A DNA stretch of 63,957 nucleotides, counting the filler, from Vezdaea acicularis (Eukaryota), in NCBI GenBank assembly GCA_026025075.1. It is 3 parts of 3 records of this genome, joined end to end, with 100 filler letters (N's around TTAATTAATTAA, not from the genome) between each part and the next. Parts side by side here need not be neighbours in the genome. Positions count along the whole stretch, not along the records: positions 26,892 to 53,506 come from JAPEUI010000177.1; positions 53,607 to 63,957 come from JAPEUI010000258.1; 1 more part is not named here. One strand, given 5' to 3'. Every line of letters begins with the position of its first letter. The first letter of the stretch is position 1. Shown here one piece after another: positions 49,829 through 62,105 of the stretch. The notes beneath the pieces were generated by a model, which was not told the DNA's origin, did not search any database, and saw only the letters and a list, made by a program, of their open reading frames with translations. A program made the translations under genes and the position numbers.

Positions 49829-51679
49829 ATGACGAAATTCAGGGTAGGGAAGGCCAAAAGACCCTGGCAAGAGATTGCCAAAGAAGTACAGGATTATAGA
49901 GACGCAAGCGTTGCTCGAGTCAAACCGCATCTCCCAGATATTGGTTCATCTCTCCTGAAGAATGTGCTTCATATTCCATTTCAGACTCTGAGTAAGACAG
50001 AATTGCAAATTACAGAAGCGCCCGTGGAAGAAATATTGAGCACATTAGCCTCTGGCGGAGTAACAGCAATAGCTGTCACCGAAGCTTACCTTCGTCGTGC
50101 TGGGCTTGCCCAGAAGTTGGTATGTTTGGAAAGGCGCTCCATCATCATGTCTATGCCAACCTTACGCGCAGGTCAATTGCGTGACAGAGCTGCTTCCTGA
50201 ACGAGCCCTATCTCGTGCGCGAGAACTAGACGATTACTTCTTTAAGCATAAGAAGCCTCTAGGCCCTCTACATGGCCTACCCATTAGCGTCAAAGAGCAC
50301 ATCGGCATGAAAGAGCTCAGTATGAACGCGGGATACGTGGCCTGGTCAAATAAAGTCGCTGATGAAGACGCTCACATCCTGCGGATTCTCTGGCGCGCTG
50401 GAGCAGTCTTTCATGCACGTACTACTCTGCCTCAGAGCATGATGCATCTCGAGACTGACAGTAACCTCTACGGCGTTACCGTAAACCCATACAATCGCGA
50501 TCTCACGGCCGGAGGCTCTTCGGGCGGAGAAGGTGCATTGATGGGAATGAGAGGGAGCTGCTTGGGCATAGGGTCTGACGTTGGAGGCAAGCTACTGACT
50601 GAATTAAGGAAAGCTGAATCATGGCTTATACACGTCAGGCAGTATCCGTAGCCCTGCTGCGAACAATGGAGTCTACGGTTTGAAGCCTACTGCGTTTCGA
50701 ATTCCTACAGATGGATGGTCATCGATAATGGTAGGAGCTGACTCAGTTGCGACTTCTATCGGACCCCTGAGCACGAGTCTCCTGGGCATTAAAGTCTTCA
50801 TGCAGACAATCCTTGACGCGGATCCCTGGCTTGCGGAACCGGCACTCGTTCCGTTACCATGGAACTCGTTATATCGAATCAACCCTTCTCAAAAGTTGAA
50901 AATTGGCGTTCTTTGGCATGACCAAGTCGTCAAGCCTCACCCGCCGATTACTCGTGCTCTTCAGACAGTCGTTGCAAAACTCAAAACTATTCCCAACGTC
51001 TGCGTCGTCGATTGGACGCCACACCTCCACGACGAAGCCTGGGCTATCCTTTCCAGTCTCTATTACACAGACGGGGGGGCTGAGGACGCGGCCGCTATGG
51101 CAGCCTCCGGCGAGCCGTGGCTTCCACTGACTAAATGGATCATCAAGGAAAACCCGTGTGTGAAGAAGCTTAGCATGAAAGAACTGGCTTACTGGCAAGA
51201 AGAGCGGGAGATGTATAGAAAAGAGTACGCCAGAGTATGGAACGAAACCGCCGAAGACTGTTATAGTGAGACCGGCGGAAAAGAAGGGATGGTAGATGTG
51301 ATTCTTTGCCCAGCGGGACCCGGTGTAGCCCCTATGCATGGCACGGCTAAATATTGGGGATATACAAGCCAATGGAATTTACTGGACTATCCCGCGGTGG
51401 TCTTTCCGGTCGGTAAAGTCGATGCACAGATTGATAAGGTCGAGGAGGGGCACCAGCCTATGACGGATGTTGATAGGGAAAACTGGCGGCTGTGTACGCT
51501 TCTCTACATATTCTCAATGGTTCTGCGCTCACGAAAGTACAGATGACAAGCCGGAGAACTTTCATGGCCTTCCGATCTCGCTCCAACTCGTCGCGCGGAG
51601 GTTCGAGGACGAAAAGGTCCTTGCAGTTTTAGAATATATTTCTCGAGCAATAGGTTTGCCATTTGAACCTTTCCCATAA
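49829..51679 (+). CDS. Amidase-signature family acetamidase/general amidase (multi-exon)
   Basis: GPLHGLPISVKE, GGSSGGEGAL, GSDVGGSIRSPA, YTSQWNLLDYP, GLPISLQLVARRFEDE. Confidence 0.95.
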
Positions 51680-51747
51680 CCACGTATTAGGGGAAAATGG
51701 TATTTACCTATCCTAAGATATGTGCTCAACGCAGATGCTTTTGCCTC

Positions 51748-52746
51748 TCAAGTCTCCTTGAACCCTTCCAAAAACTCCCTTAGAAATTTTTTCACCTCGT
51801 CCCTGCATTCAAGTTGCACCCAGTGATTTGTCGTACTCGTCCTTACTACGCGCACGTCCTGGCACAGTTCCTTTAACCCTCCCTCATCCATCATTTCCCC
51901 CCTTTCCCCCTTTTCCACAATGACCAGTACCGGAATATCCACCTTCACGCTCATCCCACCCGCAATCGCCTCCTTCTCCTCTTCTTCATCACAGTTCCCC
52001 AGCATACTCGACTTGTACCACCTGAGCGGGGCCTCATAATCCCCTTGAAAGATGCGATGGTGCATATCCCTCTCCTCCTCGGTGATAAAGCTGGCCAAAG
52101 GCGCCATGTGATCACTACTCACCCACTTCTCTATCGCGCCCATAGGCCGCATATGCTCAATCCACAACTCGGGATCATGTGGATAGAACAGGCGGAACCA
52201 ACTCTCTCTATGCGCCTTTAAGAGCGCAGCCGCGTTCTCCTGCCCAAAGAACTTCACGTACCCATACTTCTCATAGCCAAGTAGCTTCACCATCATTGCG
52301 TTAATGGCGTCCGCGTCAAAGTGACCGCCTGGCTTCAGGTAGGGCACGCTTAGGAAGCTGCTCGTGTAGAGCCGCTCAGGGTGGTAGTTTACGAGGCGCG
52401 AGAGCAGCCAGCAACCGAAATCGTGCCCCACGCCATGGACCTTGGAGATCTTCTCGGCGTCTAGAATTGATACGAGGTCCGAGGCCATGGCTTTTCCTCG
52501 GTATGGGCTGAGCGTGGTGGGCTTAGAGGTTCCGCCGTAGCCTAGTAGGTCGGGGGCAAGAACTCCGTAGCCTCTCTGGGAGAAGTGGCTGATTTGGTGG
52601 CGCCAGTCCCAGGAGGATGAAGGGAACCCGTGGATGAAGAGGATGGTGGGGAGCGGGGATGTGGGGGGGATGGAAACATAGTTGTATGTGAGGCCGTTTG
52701 GTAGAGTGAGGAGTTTGGCGTGGGATGGGAAGGCTATAGATGCCAT
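51748..52746 (-). CDS. Alpha/beta-hydrolase, soluble epoxide hydrolase-like
   Basis: HGFP, WRHQI, PDLLGYGGT, GHDFG nucleophile elbow, WY lid tyrosine, HWVQLE. Confidence 0.9.
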   Translation of the reverse strand: MASIAFPSHAKLLTLPNGLTYNYVSIPPTSPLPTILFIHGFPSSSWDWRHQISHFSQRGYGVLAPDLLGYGGTSKPTTLSPYRGKAMASDLVSILDAEKISKVHGVGHDFGCWLLSRLVNYHPERLYTSSFLSVPYLKPGGHFDADAINAMMVKLLGYEKYGYVKFFGQENAAALLKAHRESWFRLFYPHDPELWIEHMRPMGAIEKWVSSDHMAPLASFITEEERDMHHRIFQGDYEAPLRWYKSSMLGNCDEEEEKEAIAGGMSVKVDIPVLVIVEKGERGEMMDEGGLKELCQDVRVVRTSTTNHWVQLECRDEVKKFLREFLEGFKET

Positions 52747-53177
52747 ATTGAATAAGTGAAATACTAGCTGAATAAGAGGTGCTTTCTAGCTGTCGTAAAA
52801 AACGTTGTGATAGATAGCAACAGGCTTGTATCTTAATTGAGAGCTTGATACACAGCTAAGAAACACTCAAGGAAGATATATGGCTGAGCAATGAGAGATA
52901 CGGTCACCCGTGAGTATTGTAGCAGCGTACATGGGCGCATATAGAGGCTTTGAAGTAGGAAACGTCACATTTCACATTACGGACGTAGCGGTAACAAGGC
53001 GCGACATAAGCCGTCTGGTGCTAACATAAGATCCGAGATCGCCCAGACATGGAAGATATGATCTGTATCCTTGATTCCTAGATACAAGCAATGAAAAATA
53101 CGCCAGATACCGCCGGCACCATATTTTAGTTGCAACCCAGCAGATGAGTCTGATACAAAACGCCTTCAAAATGTTTC

Positions 53178-53506
53178 TCAATCTACCGCCAACCTCTTGG
53201 ACGCATCATCCCTCAAGTTCCGCGCTAGCATTGCCGCTACAATCATTGACAACGCCCCAATTCTCAACACCCATGCGATACTCTCGTCGCCCGGTTCGCC
53301 TCTTCCCTTCTGTAAGAGCTTAAAGACTAGGCTGCTCCCTAGCGTTGCCACGACCTGTGGTGCGGAGATAGCGACGTTGTGTAGGCCGAGGACAACCCCT
53401 GCTTGATCCTCCACCTGCTTGACCATCACGTCCGCCGCATCAGGGTTCTCACGTTCCAATCGTCGCCTTTCGGTGTCTCTGGCGCTTATCTCGGCGCTGA
53501 TGAGCG
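53178..53506 (-). CDS. Sucrose/alpha-glucoside:H+ symporter (Sut1-like GPH MFS), C-terminal fragment truncated by gap
   Basis: ALISAEIS...AGVVLGLHNVAISAPQVVAT...SIAWVLRIG. Confidence 0.8.
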
Positions 53507-53606
53507 NNNNNNNNNNNNNNNNNNNNNNNNNNNNNNNNNNNNNNNNNNNNTTAATTAATTAANNNNNNNNNNNNNNNNNNNNNNNNNNNNNNNNNNNNNN
53601 NNNNNN
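53507..53606. other. Artificial contig linker / assembly gap
   Basis: N-run + TTAATTAATTAA + N-run. Confidence 0.97.
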
Positions 53607-54317
53607 TCGCTCCAGTACCCCAACTCCCAAAGCAGCAGGAAACCATTCTCCAAAAGTGATAGCAAATCCACGTCCTATCTTCGCCCCCCCCCTCCCCGGG
53701 CGGGGAGGGAGATAGTCAGAGAATAAGCACCAGACGTATGTGTGGTGTGGGTTGGCTCGTTTGGATTTTGTAGTTGGGGTTATAGTGGTAGTCGTGGTGG
53801 TAGGAAGGGGATAGTAACTTCTGGGGTGGTGAGGGTGGTGAGGGGGTATATGTGAATTGGTAAGGTACAGATATCATCACAGGTTGACTTATTGGATAGG
53901 GGGGTGGAGTGTGGAAGGAGGGCTTGATTGGATGATTGGGGTTGTTTGTGGGAGAAAAGGGGGGGGGGGGTACAGGGGGTGAGACAGGGGTGGGCGGTTA
54001 TGGCGGGTGATGCTGGTGTGAAGAGTGGATTTACGAGCGAGAGTTTGAGGGGGGGAAGCCCGCTTAGGCTGGACCATAGCAGGTCCATAAAATGTAAACC
54101 GGTTCACAGTCACGAAGAAAGCATTCCATTGCAATACAACCATGTAATAACATATCGCAGCTATCATTGCAATCCAGCTCCGCGCCGGCTTTCCAGTAAA
54201 TCGCAGCTGCAGAAGCCAAAAACAACAAAAGCAACCCCCCCTTAACCAACACGAGGCTAGCTGCTTATTCAAATCCAAGAATCGCGTGACGAGGCAACCG
54301 AGATGTAAACGCATATC

Positions 54318-56148
54318 TCAGCGCACGATACTCATGTGCCTCTCGGCTTCCATGACGGCGGCTTCGTGTCGCTCGTCGCGCCGCCGGAAAGTGCGTTTGC
54401 CGCGGACGTACCAGTAGGTCATCATCAGCACGACGACGACGGCGTAGACGACGGAGACGTAGTTCATATCTATTGCCCCAAGTCAGTTCAATTGTTCCCG
54501 AAGACAAGGCTGACGTTGATAAGATCAAGGGGGTGTAAAAGGTAAGAAAGACTTACTGCTCTTGGTAACGGGCTGGAAAGGCGGGAAGGAGTACATGACG
54601 AGGGTGAACAGGGTCCAGAGGAGCAAGACGCAGTTGCTGAAGAGACCAATGGGGCCCATCCAGAAGGGGCCATGGGCGATGTTATCGCGGCCCCTCCAGA
54701 GCAGGCACACGACGGGGATGGAGTAGGAGATGTACAGGAGCACGATGCAGGCGGTGACCATGGAGTTGAAGGCCGTGCTGGAGCCGAGATAGAGCAGGCC
54801 GAGGAGCGCGACGATGAAGCAGCTGACGGCGTGGGCATTCAAGGGGACGTCTAAGCTAGGCCGGACTTTGGCGAGGAAGGTGGAGGCTGGTAGGCCGCGG
54901 TCGCGTGCAAAGGACCAGCAGAGGCGCGATTGCCACGTGTGTGAGGCGATGAGGCAGCCGATGCCGGTGGCGATGATCATGAACTCGAGGAAGATAGCAC
55001 CGCCCTGGTTGTTGAGGGCCTGGGAGAACAGCTCGAGGATGGGGACTCCGGTTGCGGTGGTCTGGAGGGTGGGCAGGTCCGTCAGGCTGAAGAACATACT
55101 AATACTGAAGAACCAGGAGGTGACGAAGCCGATAGCGACGGTGCCCATGATTGCGATGGGGATCATCTTCTCCGGCCGGGCGACTTCTTCAGCCATGTGC
55201 GTGGCGCAGTCGAGACAAGCGAATGCCCAGTTCGTGTTGATCAACCCAACGATAAAGGCGATGCCGTTCTGCTTCCAGCCTGTATTGTTGAGGAAGTTGG
55301 CAAAGACGAATTTGGCGGGTTGGTGGTGGTGTTGAACGGAAGGGACCGTGACAAGGATCACGAAGAAGGAGATCAACGAGATCCAGAGAGTGGCGAGGGC
55401 TACTTTTGGGAGGACGCGGCCATAGCAGTTGAAGAAGAATGCAAACAGGTTAACTACTTCGTATGCTACTACGACGGTCCAGGCTGGGGGGATGCCGGTG
55501 TTCGGGTCAACGCTGATAGCGGTCAGCTACGCAAGGCAGGTCAAAGGAGGAGGTATTACTGACATGCCGGGGTGTTTGAGGGTAATGCAGCCCATAATCG
55601 CAGAGCCCATAGCTAATGCTACACTCGCTGAGGTGAAGAGACTCCCTGCCCATGAAAACCATCCCGTCAAGTATGAGGCAAAGTTGGCATACTGCTTTGG
55701 CGCAAGCTCATTTGCCCAGAAGTATTGACCACCAGCATTTGGCAATGCACTGGCCAATTCTGACAAAGAGATCCCAACGCAGGTTGAGACCAATGCGATC
55801 AGGATGATGCCGTATATGATCAACACCGGGCCTCCGGAGTTGATGCCGGTAATCAACGCAGCAGAGATACCGAACCAGGAATTGGTGAGAGAGAAGCCGA
55901 CACCAAGAACTGAGAAGACCGAGAAGTTTCGCCGCATGTCTTGCGTATAACCCATCTCTGAAGGCTTTGTCAGTATATACACCATTGATCGCCTTCAATC
56001 CAAGCTTCCTCTGCGTACCAGCAAGCTTGAGGGCATCAACATCCATGGCCTTGGCATCAGCGATATCGTCTGGGGACGGTGCCCTGCCGATATCATCGAC
56101 ACGCTCCATCCCCGAGCCAGTGGTGACCTGTTTCTCCTCGTGATTCAT
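54318..56148 (-). CDS. HNM1: Choline/amino-acid (APC, ACT family) permease
   Basis: MGYTQDMRRNFS..S.LGVGFSLTNSWFGIS, ELASALPNAGGQYFW, LDCATHMAEE..RPE, SRLCWSFARDRGLP, MNYVSVVY. Confidence 0.88.
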
Positions 56149-57940
56149 GACTGTGGTCTTCTACTGCTAGCGATTGCCAATGGTCGACAATTGAAGTGAG
56201 TAGCAAAAGATTCGCAGCCGGCGACAGAGTTTATGTGAACCTGAGGCGCACGAGTCAGTCGCGCGATAAGAAGCAATTTCGTTTCCTAAGGAAAGTCTTA
56301 CCGGGTATTTACCCTGCTTGCGCCACGGCGGAATACAAGCTCTCACAACTCAATGAGAAAGCCGGGTCTGAAATGATGTTACCGCATCAAGAGTGAAGTT
56401 CTAACAGGAAGAGAGCCGTCGGAGTAACTGGAAAACACCGCCTTAAGGTGCGTTAGTAGTTCGTCGTCTCGACGGGAGGAAGCGAAGGTATATGTCGCTG
56501 GTAGACGTGGGGTGAGCGGGCATGACCCCTGCTGTTGCTCTCCAGTCCCATCGAGCTTGAGATATCTGCTTCGAGCATGGTCACCCGCTCAGTGGCAGAG
56601 TTGCCAACGGCCGCGAGCGGTGTCTAAAGCTTTTGCTTGGCCAGTGTCGTGCAGGCGGCGATCACGGCCTAGTAAAGACGAACGACAAGAGCTTTGGACG
56701 GGCAGCTCCCAGGGATCGTGCGGGACCGACGCCCTGGCCAATCTCTGCTCTGTTCTCCTCTCCACTCCACGGAGCCAACACGAAGCCACTGCGGTGCACC
56801 TGCTCGATGTCGCCTAGGCCGAAAGACTCGACGTCAGTGCCCGCCACGCGCTCGGTGATTTATACATTCGTCTTCGGTCCGTCTCTTTCCCCGCAAGTAA
56901 GCTGATCACCTTAATTCCATTAGAGCGTGTATCTTTGCAGTTTTTCTCCGGACGAACGAGGCTATCGTCTTCCCAAGGATGCTGTTTGCTCGCTTTCCAC
57001 ATTGGACTTGCTGCAGCTGCCGAGGTCTAGGGCGCCAGAGCGGGCGGGGACGTTGCATATCATGCGCGTTAAAGCGAGACGACCAAGTATTCCGTTGGTC
57101 GAGAATGCACGGTCTTATCCGTCTGCTTTAGACGCTGTTGCCATGCAAATTCGTTTTCGTCCGTCCCGGTCCGTGTACAACGTGTAAGAAGCTGCACGTG
57201 AGCAGTTGGCATCATGATGCGATCCAGCGGCACAGCAACGGAGTTCTTCGCAGGCCTGTTGACGCCCTGCTGGCGGCATGTAACTTTAAACCTTCAACTT
57301 CGCAACGAAAACTCTCTTTTGCCAGGGTCTCCCACCTCAATAGCTACTTCCAACACTAACAAGATTTGGACGATCGACGACAGTGTTGCGAGAACGAAAT
57401 CAAGGCGAAGACGCCGCAGCCATGCGGGATCGATTACGATGAAAGAACATCTGCTTATCTTCGTATCTTGGAGGGTGCATTATCAGTGTCCCCTCCGTGT
57501 GTCCGACGCTTGGGATCCGATTGCCTAGAAGGGACCAGTCCCGCTACCCTTTCCTCGCCTCCAATTCGCCGGGGTGGGGCGCCCAATACCATGGGGCATG
57601 GAGGCGAGACCCGCGCCGTTGGGTCCAAGCATGCACGGTGGTGCGAACGCTCGAGGGAAAGGGACGACGGAGGGAATGCAGGCACACGATCATAAGCATC
57701 GATCAATCATGACTGACCGCGTACCCCCAAAGGCGATCGCATCGAGGAGATTGCATCGCATGATCATTAGGTTACGCTCGCCATGGGGCCAATGCCCCTG
57801 ATGCTTGCCCCTCTACACATGCAACCAAGATCTACTCTATTCCGAAACCCAGCCCTATCTAACCACGCTCTATCATCCCAAACGCCTGTGGTCGCGACCG
57901 TCGATCTACTGTCCTTACGCCGGTGTGCTTCTTGACATCT

Positions 57941-60900
57941 CTATTCATCATCATCTGTGTCTAAAGGATGAGGGGTACCTTTCGGACTGTTGAGCCACTC
58001 GATATGCCTCAATTTGCGTCGGACCTCGCGCTCCTTGATCTGGTTCCGGGTGAGCTTCTTCTTCTTCCTGGCCTTGAACTTCATGTCGCCAGTATCCTCG
58101 GCCCCAGAGTTCACGGCAGATGCGACAGCTGAAGAGACGGCGCTACTGACGGCGCTACTTCCGACACTGCTCCCCGGTCTGCTGTCCTCGAAACGGTCCA
58201 AAGCTACAGCAAGATGACCTTTGTGCGTGACTCTACCGTCGGCAACATGCCATTGCTCAGGGCAGAGAGCTCCGACAAATTCTTCATTGTGAGAAATCAT
58301 GACAACGCCGCCCTTGTAGTCTCGAATAGCAACTGCAAGACCTCCTAAGGAATCTCGGTCAAGGTAATTGGTGGGCTCGTCCAGCACGAGAAGATGCGGG
58401 TTGTTCCACATGGCACCAGCTAAGACCACCTTGACCTTTTGTCCACCGGAAAGGCCTGAAATTTCGTTGTGGTTGGCAATCTCGGGATCAAGACCAAGAT
58501 CCTCGAAATGTTTTGAAATGACTTTAGGCTCGAGTGTCCTGAAACCAAGACCTTCTCTTGATGCTTCATGGTCGTCGAATTCTTGGACTAACTTGTCAAA
58601 GCCAAGCTCAATCAGAGTCTCACGGGAGACTTGAGAGTTATGCTTCGGAAGCATGCCCACCCATTTCACCTCATATTGAAAACTCTTCTTCCATTTTTGG
58701 CGACCCATGAGATTTTCGATGCGCTTGCCTCCCTTGCCGTCACCAAGGTCTACAAACTTGTCCATCTGAGCCTTATCTTCAGGGGTCAATACCCTCGTCT
58801 GTTTCATCATCACTTCTCGATCATCGCCGTTTGCGTAACGCCATTGCAGGTACTGGTTAGGCGTCTTCTCCATGTGCATCTCAACATGCTCTAGGGCATG
58901 TTGCTTAATGTACCCAATACGTAAGTTGGGGTGCTTCTCAACCCGGCCTTCTGTGGGGACGGTTTCTCCGGTTAGCAGTTTAATCAGAGTGGATTTACCA
59001 GCTCCGTTGCCACCTATGATTGCTGTTCGAGATGAAAGGGACAGACTGCATGAAACGTTGTAAAGCGATGGCTTTGAAGCACCAGGGTACGTGTATGAAA
59101 CATTCGTCATTCGAAGGATGGATCTTGTGAGTGACTTTACACCTGTGAGAATCCCCGGTGGCGGAAACTTGAACTGGACTTGGGACGCGGAGAGTGTATA
59201 GTAGCTTTTCCCCTCTGGTTTGACGCGGACAAAACTGCAATCAATCAGCACTCGTACGCACAAAGCACCATCAAACTTGACTTACTCTGCAAGATTCCCT
59301 TTGTAGCACACAAGTTTCTTGTTTTCATAATGGTATATATCTGTACAAACCGCATCAAGGAAACCGGAGTCATGACTAACAATGAGACTGGTGATCTCCG
59401 TGTGAGCTTTCAAGTACTCCTCCAACCACTTGACGTTGCCGACATCAAGATGATTGGTTGGTTCGTCAAGAAGCAGGACGTCAGCACGCATCAGCATGGC
59501 TCGAGCGAGGGCGAGCTTCATCTTCCAGCCACCTGAGAGCGAGCCAACTCTTTGCTGCTGGCGGCCTTCTGGGCCTGCAGTGAAGCCAACTTCTACTAAA
59601 ACCTCTGAGATGCGCTCCCTGCCTTCTGCAGCGAGCTCTGGGTCTTTGGCAATGAATTCGATAATGCTAAGATCAGCATCTTCACCTTGATTGTGCTCCA
59701 CAAAGCACGTTCTTAGTTCATCTTTGCTTGGAAATCCCTCAAGCTTCCCTTCCGCAATGCTTCGCATAAGTGTCGATTTTCCCGCGCCATTACGCCCGCA
59801 GAGACCATAACGATGGCCTTTAAGCAACCGTAAGTTTGTATGCGAGAGAAGCAGCATTCCACCATACGCCAAGGAAAAGTCCGTGTTGACGATCTCCACC
59901 TCGTCTGATTCCTCTTTTACTGGGGCTCCAAACCTGCGGCTGTCCTCATCTAGATAATAGCTTTGCACCGCCTCAGCGACGTGGTCGGCTGCGCCATCGG
60001 TCTTTAAGAGATGCTGAAGATATGGCTTGACACAATGAGCTATACGCTTAGGCTCCCGTTGGTTCACGTCCTCAGCAACCATTTCTGAGATATATGATGC
60101 CGTAAGGGGAAAGAGAATCTCGTCTCCTGAGAGATTGGCGGTTCCACCCACAGCTTCAATCTCGCGATCAAGCACTTTTCGGATGTCCTCCGGCATCGTG
60201 CGAGCAATAGCGCCGTTAGTTACGTTCCCATCGTCATCACCCATGGCTTTATTGATCACGTTGACAGCTCGTGTAGCCAACTCGCGAACTTCCGGAAGAG
60301 AAGCTCTCTCTTGAACAGCCTTCACTCCAGGCTTCAATCTTGGCAAGAAAGTTCTAGCCTCCACCGGATCATGAACAAGCTTCGTCAGATTCTCCACGAC
60401 TACAACGGTTTGCCTTAAAACTTCCTGGGAGGTGCTAGGAGTGTTTAAGGATCGCTCGAGTAGTGGCGTCAGGAGAGCTAGTACAGGAGAGGTGACTATA
60501 GCGACAAAGGTCGTCTGTGAGAGGGCATGAATGGCCTTCTGAAGTGTTGCTGACGAAGGTTTCTCCATCGTATTGATCAACAGAGGTATTCGTGGTGCAA
60601 CGTCGTCGTTAGATAGTAGAGTCGTCAGTGCGGTCATAGTTTTGACAGCCTGCTTAGAGACCTGGGAGAATGTAAGGATTCTGATATATTCAGGGTCGAA
60701 AACTGCCCATACTCACCTCAGCCTTGAGATCATGCATGCCACCCTCAACGATAGGAATTAGCCCTTCAAGTTTTCTTCCCATGGCTTCTCGAAGAAAGTC
60801 CTTGTTGCTCTCCTCCTCCTTAGTGCCTTGTCCCATCTTCGCCTTATCAGCCATTCTTCCCATAAGCTCCAAAGCGCCGACAGCACCCTGCCATTTACCC

Positions 60901-61409
60901 GATTTCTTCTCCAGATACTGAAGAAGCACCGGCAAGAGCCCGAATACCAAAGCCTCCATATGCATATTGTTGAAGAATGCGTCTAGCGCATACTGAGCTG
61001 ACTCACGGACAACAGCTCCCTTGTCAGCCAGGGCGTCCAAAGCAAGGGGAATAACCCCTTCTTGTTTAATGAACACGACCTCTGAGACGCGCTGCTGTAG
61101 CGGGAACCTCTCCAAAAGAGCTCCAAGCAATATCATAGCACTTTCGCGTTTCATGCCATTTTTCTTATCGGCAGCTGCCTTCTTCACTTGGGTAATCACC
61201 CCATACCCGTGGAGGCCCCGAAAGCCGACCGAGTTAATCAATAGATTCGTCAGACCGTACGAAGCGTCCAGACATGCTTGCGAAGTCTGTGCCGAGAAAA
61301 TAGTTTCAGAGAGCGACGATACCTCCTCTAGGGTGGGCGGCACCGTCGAGGGAACGGATGATTTCGCCAGCATCGTGGGGAGATATTGAGGCGACTGTTG
61401 GTGGGGCAT
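57941..61409 (-). CDS. NEW1: eEF3-related ABCF ATPase NEW1/Elf1
   Basis: HEAT repeats, two ABC domains (GRNGAGKST/LSGGW, GGNGAGKST/LSGGQ) and a chromodomain insert. The C-terminus KKKLTRN...IEWL.SPKGTP.P.DTDD matches New1/Elf1 rather than Yef3. Confidence 0.88.
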
Positions 61410-62105
61410 TCTCTGTGACCTCTGCGTCAAAGGCAAGAAGAAATGCCCGAGTAAAGGTACACTCTAGCAATGAGACCAATGCGCATAGAGTCCGAGTAAT
61501 CAAAGTGTACCTTCTTTGAATATTGAATGTGAACTCTTTGAGAAGTCGAAAGGGGAAGTGGGAAAGAGCTGAAAATTTCGTGAAACGAAGTGCGGCCCGA
61601 CAGGACTGGAGCGCAGTGGGGCAAGGTTGCAAAGCAACGGTGCCAGTGACGAGGAGGTCGCTCAATGTGGGAATTTGTCTACTCTAAGGACTTGCAACAT
61701 TGCCCACAAGACAACAAGAGAGATAGATGCAATTCACAGAGGATCTACGCACATGATAAAGACAGTCCTGTAAGACTCCGGCCCGGGAGAAATTCCTCGA
61801 CTAAAAAAACCTCATGTGAGCCCGTGGGTCGCTTACCGAAGCGCTAATAAATCTGTTTGCACCTGTTTGTTCGAGGTTAAGCTCGGCAACTACTTTCTGC
61901 GGCTTTCCCAAGTGATGGGTGATGGCGAATGTGCTTTGCCTGGAAAGCAGGCCGGCTGTCCTTTGACGGAGTCAAGCTGGTTCTTACTCCAGGTCAATTG
62001 CCTAATGACGCGTATGGACTCTAGTACACTCGTACTTGGTGTCAAACAGCTACGATAAATCCGCCCATCTGTCAATTGAGACACCAAAAGATCTCCTAGT
62101 GCAAG

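Noticed and set aside
49829..53506. Secondary-metabolite cluster (amidase, epoxide hydrolase, transporter)
   Set aside because: No backbone enzyme or regulator; these are common stand-alone catabolic genes.
56196..57800. Many overlapping short ORFs upstream of HNM1
   Set aside because: GC-rich intergenic/promoter DNA gives spurious ORFs on both strands; no motifs, tRNA or riboswitch recognised.
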